Shown: positions 39,082 through 48,259 of the stretch, piece after piece
Numbering within the stretch: position 1 is the first letter of the stretch
How the letters are laid out: every line of letters starts with the position of its first letter
Source: Balamuthia mandrillaris
Lineage: Eukaryota
Length of the DNA: 48,259 nt
Assembly (NCBI GenBank): GCA_031835245.2
Contig: JAVKOQ020000032.1
Location: 248,001 to 296,259 of the forward strand
Reading direction: 5' to 3'
Notes under the pieces: model-generated
Databases searched by the model: none
What the model was told of the DNA's origin: nothing
Seen by the model: only the letters and a program-made list of their open reading frames with translations
Made by a program: the position numbers and the translations under genes

Positions 39082-39288
39082 GTAGGTTTGAAAACAACCG
39101 TGCGACCAAGGAAGTCTGGATACCTGCTCCCGTCAGCTATCGATCGGCATGGGCCTGCAAGCAAGAGGAGTATTCATGGAAGAAGTTGAACAGGAAATGC
39201 TTCGACTTTATTCGAATAAAGCAGAAGGGTTAGCGGGGCAGCTTAGGGCCACACGCGTTGCATTACTGAGCAAACATTAGATAAGAGC

Positions 39289-40304
39289 TTAAATGGTGTC
39301 GTAACTCTGGGACCTGCCAGTAAGCCTGTTGAACAAGCCCATAATGCCACGGCAGGTGAACACAATACCATCCTTTACCAGGCCAGGAAGGCTTATCCAA
39401 AAGTTCACGTTGGGGATGAGGTCTTTGCCGGTGGCGTTATTCTTAAACTTTTGCCAGGCCACTCCCGCCACAAAGTAGATCAAAAAGACGCTGAACAAGC
39501 TGTTAGAAAGAAATGAAGCAGAAATTAGCCCGAGCTCCATAGAACGTGTTTAGACTGGCTCCCATCACAAAGCTTCCGTACCAAATGATGAATATCCATC
39601 CTCCACTAATAAGAAGTCCTTTATCAGAAGAGCCACCACCGTGGTGAGGTTCAGCACCAGGACACGCGTATTTGGTGGTCCACTGCAAATAGTAGGTCGT
39701 TATTTGGCCGTCGTTTGTTTGCTCTAACAAGAGGGAATAATACAGTTAAAAAGAAAAGAGCGAGGTGGCAGCACTCAAAGGAACGAGCGATATAACATAC
39801 CTGGATTTCCAACAGCAAGTGTGCCAGGGTCCACTGTTTCGTCGCAGATGAACTCTATGTGGGTCTCTCGGCTGTCACCCTTGGCAAAGAAAAGATTGAA
39901 GCCTTTATCGCCTGCGGGGTTTGAGTCGCGGGCCTTCCATTCAACATGATCGTTCTCACCGACCGGCCAGTAGTTATTGTTTTTATCTTTTTGGCAAACA
40001 GCGGGACTCGGGTACGCGCCTTTTTCAGTGCATCTATAGGTGGGTGGGGTGAGCGACCGGAACAACAAGAGTTCCCAGAGAGGGAGAAAGAAACCTACTT
40101 TTTTTGCTCAACGATACCACACGGCATGTAATAATACAAACCGTGTTGACCTTGTACGCTAACTTCAGTGCCTTGAAATTTGGATATGTCGTAGTTATGC
40201 TCGCCAATCTTGCCTTTGCAGGAGTCAGCGCTAACGAGGGAGAGCACCCCCATTAACACCACCGCCCCAAACAATACGGCTCTCCCTGCTTTGCTGTTGT
40301 ACAT
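39289..40304 (-). CDS. Cation-dependent mannose-6-phosphate receptor / ATG27-like type I membrane protein (4 exons)
   Basis: Signal peptide, MRH domain (YYYMPCG, AVCQ, RETHIEFICD, YYLQWTTKYACP), TM (ISGGWIFII..YFVAG), LIPNVNFWISLPGLVKDG, terminal YDTI sorting motif. Confidence 0.88.
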
Positions 40305-40650
40305 AGCGTTTACTCTACCCGTGTGGTTTGACGAGGGCAAATAAATAAAAACCAGCGTGTCGCACGAACGGAAAAGGGGGGTCAAAATGTGTTTGGCGAA
40401 CAGTGAAAAAAAAGGGGGGTGTGAGGACGGGCGGCCGGTGGGGGGGGGGGAGAGGTGGACCACTTTTTCTGGTGCTTTTTCTTTTTCCTCGCCGCCGCCG
40501 GTGAGGTTAGGTTGGTGGTGCTTACGTGCGCGGAAAGGGTCACTAACCCCTCGTTTAATTTGTGTCTAATATTAATTAATTACAAGGAGATGTCTCAACC
40601 TAATAGACAAGAGCGGGACCCTTTCCTTTTCGGCCATACAACATTTCTCA

Positions 40651-43600
40651 TCACCCCAGGTAGGTCTTCTCGTCGCCGGAGGAGGAGGCGTCGGAGGGTC
40701 CGCCATCGCTGCCGCCGCCGGTGAGGGCGGTGGCACTGCCGGAGGAGCTGCTGCTGCTGTCGTCATCGTAGTGATGACGGCGAGTGGTGGTGTTGGCGGT
40801 GGTGGGTGCTGACGTGGCAGAAGAGCGCCAGTGTTTCCTTCCAAAGCTGCGAGAGCTGCTGCCCACAGGCTCTTCCTCATCACGATAAAAACGGGGGTGG
40901 TTGAGAATCTTGGGCTCGGCTTGGGCTCTACGTCTGCGTTTCCTCCACTCACGGCGTTGGCGTTTGCATCCGGCCCACTTGTGCGCCACCTGCCGGCGGA
41001 GGTACCTTTTCATGCGGGAGATGGCGAATTGGTGCGCGCCTACCGTGTGCTTCAAGTCTGTCCTTGTGACCACCCCTATGAGTATTGTTGTGCCAAGGTG
41101 TTTGGTCGAGATTCACTGCTGAGTTAGAATAGAAGCGCATAAGGGAAGAGGAGGAAGGAGGGGAGGAGAGAATCGAACCTAGAAAACTGCCCTTCTCAGT
41201 GACAAAGGCCTCTGAGAGTCGCAGCGTGATGAACAACATGTGCACGTGAGGCAACGGAGTAGAGACCAGCAGCTGGACAGGAGCTGGCTTGACTGGAAGT
41301 GGTGGAATGGGCTTGGTGGGGCGTGGTGGCTTTTGGCGGGGATGCCTCCGTCGGGGTGGCTGTTGGCGCTTGTGGCCTGTCCCTTTTGTGGTGCTTGCTG
41401 CAGGTTTGTCAGCCATAGTAGACTGGCTGAAGTCGCTGCTGTAATCACTGCTATGGTAGCTGCTTTCTATAAAGCTAAGCCGTGTCTTGTTGACTTCGCT
41501 GTCGTCATTTCTATCAATGGCAAGCATCATGTCTCGGGTGCGCTGTCCCAACACAGCAGCAGCAGCAGCAGAAAGCTCGTCACTGTCATAGTCATCCACA
41601 CCCACATCAGCTGTGTTCGCTCCTCCTACGCCTTCACCACCATCAACCGCTTCACTATACTGCTCCTTTGCAGTGGAAATATTGCCATCGCCTTGTTGTA
41701 GGGCAGCACTGCTAGCAACACCAGAAGCCGTGGATTTCATGCGCTGTTCCTCATCATGAGGGTCGGTAGAATGGCTATCACGGTCGTTGGAGGAGGTAGC
41801 AGTTGGCCCGATGCGTCTTGGTGTTGTTTGCTCTTTTTGCTTCTGGCTGGAGGAGCGGTGTCGTCCTTGCCTCTTTTGTTTGAGGTGCTCATGGCGTTTG
41901 CGGTCTTTCTTAGTGAGGGAGGAAACGCCCCCAAAAACCTTGTTGAACGCACCGAATATTCCACCCTGAGAGGTCTCTGTGGTGAGATTAATGGGCGCAT
42001 TCATGGCTTCAGCACAAGACAGCAACCACGTAAGAAGCTCTTTTCTTGTAACTGATCCCACCAACAAGCGGGAGTCCCCGCTGTCCACCACAGGATACAA
42101 TCTGGTATCGTCCGTGGTAAGCAGCTTGGCGACGCTCCTTGGGCTCGAATCTTTTGTCAAGAATGGCACATCCGTTCTCATAAAATCACCAGCTGTCTTA
42201 TTCCACGTTCTGCCATTTAAGTGTTTTAAATATATTGCGTGCGTATTGTTAGAAATCATAAGAAATAAGAACACGTGCTGGCGTAAAAGGTAGAATAGGA
42301 GTACCTATGTGGAATATCCGGGAGGAAAGGCAAGCCACGAAAGATGGTGATCTTCTCATAGATGGATACCTCAAAAGATGAACAAACAGCTATTGCTACC
42401 ATCACTGCCAACTGTTGTGAAAACGGTTTTAGCGTCAATCTATTCGTTAAGCAAATAGAAAATAAGCCTATACAGAAAAGCCATCACTTACCCCGATAGG
42501 AAGGCTCAGCGCTATTTCTCCGGTGAGCTCAAACACTATAACCGCAGAGGAGAGAGTGTGAGTTACAGCAGCTGCAAACGCTGCAGCACCTGATAAATAA
42601 ATAGTTGGAGCGATTTTAGCAATCCAAGGATTTCAACAGCATAAGAGAAAGAGAAGCGGCAACAGAAAGAGAAAAAGGGGAAGGAGAAGAAAATAGGAAC
42701 GAACCAACAATAGCATAGGCGCCAGGATTAATAGTTCCTTCGTCGGGGACTAGCAACTCCTCCATGTAGAGGCCCTCTGGAAAACTACGCTTCATGACCT
42801 CTCCCAAGAGTCTGCCCATTGAAGCTCCTTTTATAGATAATGTGGAGGAAAATAGATAAGTTAGATGGCCATTGATGAACTAGTTGCAAAGAGCAGGACT
42901 CACCAATAACTAGCACTGGCACGTATACACCGTTCGGAATTGGCAGCGATATGCTCAATAGCCCGATGCAGTACTGCGGAAAAAGAAATGGTAACTCAGT
43001 CTCGCAGCTATTAGAAAAATAGCAACAACAAGCTGCGAGGAAATTACCCTCGTGAAAAAGAAAATCAGTAAGTTTCCAGCGATGCCCCTACCCATCCAGT
43101 CTTGGGCATTCAGCTCTGGATTGTCTTGCAAAGGTTCCTCATTGAAAAGATCCCGTAGTGCATTCCGTCCTGCCAACTGAGAGCATGCATGCATGAGTGT
43201 TAACAGATAAGAAAAACAACAGCACAAGAACAAGAATGGCTGCATAAATGGGTATGCTTGGTCACGCACCGATATGCATTGCCCAAATAAGTCAGGGAAA
43301 GTAACAGTGGCAGTTATCCAGGCCACGCATGCCAAGTACATGTAAGGACTGACGAGCCCCAGAACGATTGGCCTCTGTTAGAACAAATGATAAACAGAAG
43401 AACGAGGGCAACTTACTGGGAAACATAGCGAAGGTATGACGGCCAAGTTTCGGTTACTTTGACAAATAGCCGGCGCTTTGCTACTACGTGACTTGTTAGT
43501 GAAATGAACATAGCCCCCAACAACCCCATTAGGATTCCTTTTGGAACGTAAACAAGAACATTTTGTTAAAAGGCTGCATTCACAAGGATTCACTGGCAAG

Positions 43601-46563
43601 GGAATACGTTTGGATACCCACCAAGCAAGCAGAAGAATGGAATTTCTGTGTAACTGTACGAATCAGTGGTGTACTTCGTTTCCAGGAAAAAGGCGCGAGG
43701 AATAAACAAACGCCAAACAGTCGAACCGATGTAGGCGCAGTTAAAAGCCCAAAAGTAGTTACGAATGGGGTAGTACGTAGAAGTTACCTCGATACTGAAT
43801 AGAACACCTTCTCAAGCGAATCCATGCCATTAACAATTTTAGTTGTTTGGGAGGAGAAAGAAAGGGTAGAGGCTACTAACCTCCAATAGGCGTATTAAAA
43901 GTGCTTGCCACCCCCACAGCACAGCCCACTGCCAACATTTGTTGTTTCAGCGCTGGATTCTGCATCATCACTTCACTTAGTAAAAACATAAGAACTCAAA
44001 AAAATATATAGACACGAAATACAGACGTTGCGAATGTTTGTGAAAAATGGTAGCTTGGCCAAGTTGTTGGCAAGAGCAGATGAAGTATGAACGTAGGGTC
44101 CCTCTTTTCCAACGAGCAATCCTGAGGCAGTGGAATAGGATGGAGAAAAAGTTAGGGGCAAAGAATTTGTTTATGCTAATAACGCGAGTCTTCGAGAAAG
44201 TTACCGCTCCCGAGACTTGTGGTGAGGCCAACTATTTTTACAATAAGAGTCCGCAGTGAAAGATAAGCACTAAGAGGAACACCTGATAGCATGCTCTTCA
44301 TTTCAGGGATACCACTGCCCTGCGCACACGGTCCAATGCGCGTAATAGCGGCAGACACAAAAGCAAAAAACAGTGTGAATGTGGTCCAAATAACATATTC
44401 AGCCCACGAATTGCTTGCATAACCAGTAAGATACCGTCGGGCTTGGTAGATTAATTGTTAAGCGACATGTGAATCAAAGTTGAAAAATTGTTGCATAGTA
44501 TTGAATGGACGTACAGTCGTTTAGCTCAGCAATGGCGTAGTCCATTCCAGATGCAATGGTCGCAGCAAGCACTCCCAGAAGCACCACAAAAGCCCAAACA
44601 AAAGTCCACTGCTTCTTTCGAACGTACTGTGCAATTCCTTTCCAAATGCTACCGCAGCAAGTTCCCGATAGATACCTGGAAATAGTGTGGATTTTTTGTT
44701 TAAGGAAGTTAGCAGAAGGGCAACGAATGGCATCACTGATAACAAGCAGTAACGGGGTACCAACTTTGCGAATCGTTTACCCAAATAATCCATATCGACT
44801 AAGTGATCCTTTTGAGGTGGGGGTACCCCACGCCCTTTGGCTATTTTTTGCGCTGCCATTGCCATACGGTTCCTATACGAACCAAACACCGTCTGCTCGT
44901 ATTGGAAGCCTCCAAGTTCTTCCAGCTCATCCAACATGTCTGCGTAGTTAAGGTCGTCTTGCAATTCCTTTCTGATAGGTTCCTCTGGGATGTCCTTGTT
45001 TTTATTGACCCCACGCCTTTTCTTTCCCTTATGTTCATTTTCGCTATCGCTGCTCCATCCCGAACTATCCAAGTCACTATGTAACGATGATGTAGAGCCG
45101 TCGCTGTCGTCGCTGTCATCATCATCATTGTCATGATTCTTATTCTTGGCCTTAGTGCTGGGGGCGTGTGGTTTTAGTTGTCTTCCACTTGGTGCATCTT
45201 CATCACTTGAAAATGTCTCTTCTGTGCTGGCGGTAGAGGGGCTGGTGCTGATCTCAGCAGCAAAGCTGGGCTCTGGCTTGTTTCTTCCCAGCCCCACCAT
45301 TTCCATGGCTGTCTCTTTATATTCATCGTCACTGGCCCCTTCAACAACGTCATCACTCCTGCCCGCTCTCTTGGTCTTGTTGCTTCTGTCGCCACTTCGC
45401 ATTTCCTTCTGTCGCTGGTGTGAGTTATTCCGGGAGGCCTTGGGGGAGAGCGGTGGCACAACAGCACTGCTACTAGCTCTCTGCGTATGCCGCCTCACAT
45501 CAGTTCCTCTCTCCCTTGTTCTGCGCTTCCCTTTGGAGAGCTGGCGGACATGTTCCAATATCTCCTTCTCGCTCAACTCCCTGGCCCAGGGGCTTGCCCC
45601 CCTATCCTGGTCAGGCACTGCTATGCTGCTGTCTCTTTTGTTCTTTCGAAGGATTGAAGCGCGACGCATTTTCTTTATGTAACTTGGCTCGTTTAGTTCC
45701 GTTTCTACGGCAGCCTCGTCTTCCCCCACTATCATCGCTGCTTGCTTCTCTTTTTTCTTCTTGGAAGATGCAGTAAGCTTCAAAGCAGATGAATGAATGG
45801 CTGAAGACAGCCTTCTGAAAGCTCTTCTCCTTTCCTCATATTTTTTGACTTGTGGGCTCTCTCCTTCTGCAACTAATTCTTCCCCATCTTCTGGCCTCTG
45901 TTCTTGTGCTTGTGCTGCTTCATCTGTGGGCTCTTGACTTGGTACTGGTCTCTTGGTTCGTATTGGTGCTTGCGTTTGTGCTGGTCGTTGCGTTTGTGAT
46001 TGTGCTGGCGATTGTGTTCGTGCTGGCGGTTCGAACGCAGAAGTTTGCTCTTGGTTTTCATCTTCCTGTGGAGTAGCAGCATCCTCTTCTTCCTTTTCAC
46101 TTGCATCACTGCTTCCCTCTTGAGTGTGCTTGTTTTGTCGTGCAGCATCAACAATGTGAAGTTGCCCTTTTGCTTCCGTATTTATGTGCGCAAACACGTT
46201 GTGTGTATTGTGGGCAGCCGCCTGCCTGGGTCCAAAGCTCTTTGCCTCATCGTCCGAGTCGTCGCTGCTGCTGTCCAAAAAATCGCTGCTGCTGCTACTG
46301 CTGCTGCTGTCAGCTTCGTCACCGCTGTCAAAGAACCGGTCAGCCCAGTCTCGTCGGTCGTTAGTGGCCCGGGTGTTTGCTGAGGGTTGGGCCAATCGCG
46401 ATGGTTGAGGCAGAGACAACAAGCTCGGCAAAGAAGACAGCTTGGTGCCTTGGTTTGCTATACTTCTCTCTGGAGCTGGCTCATCTTCCTCCGAGCTTGA
46501 GGTACTCTCCTCCTCCTCCTCTTCTTCTTCAACTTGCTTTGGCTTAAACCTGGCCCGCTTCAT
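40651..46563 (-). CDS. CLC chloride channel with two CBS domains and a very long low-complexity N-terminus (multi-exon)
   Basis: [55 protein letters not shown]1 YPVVDS..LLVGSV, CBS2 [17 protein letters not shown]. Confidence 0.93.
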
Positions 46564-47033
46564 CGTCTAGACGCGGGACGGGATGAAACTAAAGAAAGAG
46601 GACAGCGGGGCGCAAGAGGGCTTGGAAATAGCTGCCTCTTTAATGAAGTAACACTTGGTTTCTCTCCTCCTTTGGGTTTGTTGAGGCGTGGTGGCACCTT
46701 ACTTAAAGGTAGGAGGAGGAGGAGGAGGACAGACGAGGTGGTGGTTTGGGGGGTTGGTTGGTTGGTTGGTTGGTTGGGGAAGATGTCAAGTTTATCCTCT
46801 ACGATTATGCCACCTACCCCCCCCCACTCTATTAGGTTGAGCCACCACCCACCCAAAGCCCCCTTGTGGGAAGAAGAGAGCAAGAGAAGAAGCAAGGCCA
46901 AGGGAAGGGGAGGGAAGGAAGGCTAAGGGAAGGGAAGAAGGGGCAAAGCGCAATCATTATAATTTTTCTGCTTTACAGTGAAAGGCGAGAAATAAGACAA
47001 AAAGAAAGGACAAACAGAAGGTGCTGGTGTAGT

Positions 47034-47385
47034 TTAAGACATGGAGGGACCCGCATTCACCCCAAAAATGCGAACTGTTAACAGGAGAAATGATTTGGGC
47101 TTGTGAGCGGAGGAAGACAAGGAGAGGACCAGAGAAAAGGAGAGGCAGAAAGCAGAAATAAGTTCACCTTTGTGCATCTGAGGAATCTTGGCAACAATAA
47201 GCACGGCCAAGGCGATGAGGTTGAGCACCAAAGTTGGTGGATGGTAGTGAGTATAGTGGGAGGTGATCATGAACCTTGTTATGTTACAAAGAGGAAAGTG
47301 ACGGTACTAGCGGTTAATTGAGAGAAGAAAGGAGCGACAAAGGTTCCCTTTGAAATAGGAGAGAGAGGAGAGAGAGAGGATGCAC

Positions 47386-47421
<36 letters not shown>

Positions 47422-47922
47422 CGCTTACAATATGATGGGAATTACGGTAAGGACTTTCCTGGTGGGGGTGAACTGTACACCTTGGTCTAACTGCTCCCAC
47501 ACGGTCAGCGCGTCATACTTGCCCTGATCCGAAAAAGTAAAGGGAACGCCTTTGTCCCAATGAAAAGCGTAATACGTCACCTGCAACGTGCCACTTGAGT
47601 AAGAGACGAAGGGAAGAAGAGCAACAGAAGACAAGAAGAGGGGGAGGAAGAAGGAGAAGGAAAGAAGAAAGAGCACAGAGCCAAGAGGGCGGTGGAAAGG
47701 GAAGAAGAAGGGAAGAGAAGCAGAAGGAAGACAGAATGACAACAAACATACCACGGCATGGATTTGGTAGGTAAGTGTCCATGCGGTCTCTGAGGAGATC
47801 CAAGGGAAAAAGGAAAGTAGAAGCCGACCACTCACAACAGCCAAAATATACACAACCCACGCCCCTTTCCTGCCAAGCCACGTCACGTTCCTATTTTCCA
47901 GCGAGATGCCCCCTGTCTGCAT
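47034..47922 (-). CDS. ORMDL: ORM/ORMDL sphingolipid biosynthesis regulator (4 exons)
   Basis: NRNVTWL..GAW, AWTLT, FHWDKGVPF..DQGKYDALTVWEQLDQGVQFTPTRK, KIPQMHKVRIFGVN. Confidence 0.95.
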
Positions 47923-48259
47923 TTTCTTTTTTCACCTGTGTTGTTGTGTCAAGAGCTATCTCTCTCGGTTCTCTTTTGCTCGCCACGGTAGGTAGGAGGG
48001 CGTTGGTACAAAGGGGTGGTGGCCGGGCTTGACCTCCTCTTTCTCTCTCTTTGTGCTGCTTTTCTTTTTTGCCGCTGTCTTCCCCGTGGCTGCCGCCGCG
48101 TGTCTTTCCTTTTTTTTTTTTGTTTGGTTGGATTTTTGAGTTGGTGTCGACGCTCACACGTCACCCCAACCACCCCATCCGCTTTTTTCCGCCCCGCACC
48201 CTCCCACACCCAACCCAACCCCAAGAATGCGGTACCATAGTAACGCATGGTACGCGCTA

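Noticed and set aside
46750..46777. (GGTT)n run and nearby G-rich tracts as telomeric sequence
   Set aside because: Short internal tetranucleotide microsatellite, not TTAGGG-like.

Overview
Gene-dense eukaryotic nuclear DNA with short (mostly 60-150 nt) GT-AG introns, many carrying CT/GA microsatellites. The gene families (Frizzled/Smoothened-like GPCR, MKC-type STE20 kinase) and intron style point to an amoebozoan; a Balamuthia/Acanthamoeba-like amoeba is my inference only. I reconstructed 20 spliced genes by hand plus the first exon of one more at the left edge: citrate synthase, NifS-like desulfurase, eIF2B-gamma, mitochondrial ClpB/Hsp78, RBX1, a SAPS/PP6 regulator, BUB1-like kinase, a SKP1 paralogue, FANCB-like, EF1-beta, dynactin p22/24, a DSP-kinase fusion, an Fsl GPCR, HINT, short RNase Z, p23, STN1-like, M6PR/ATG27-like, a CLC channel and ORMDL. 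I found no rRNA, tRNA, CRISPR array or transposon. The most notable observations are (1) a dual-specificity pseudophosphatase (Cys to Ser) fused to an intact STE20/MKC kinase, (2) a single in-frame TAA in exon 1 of an otherwise intact Frizzled-like receptor, (3) a BUB1-like kinase with no TPR domain but two CD1 motifs, next to (4) a SKP1 paralogue lacking the C-terminal helix and the hydroxylated proline, and (5) a bacterial-looking NifS with no targeting peptide. All family calls rest on recalled motifs; no database search was run.
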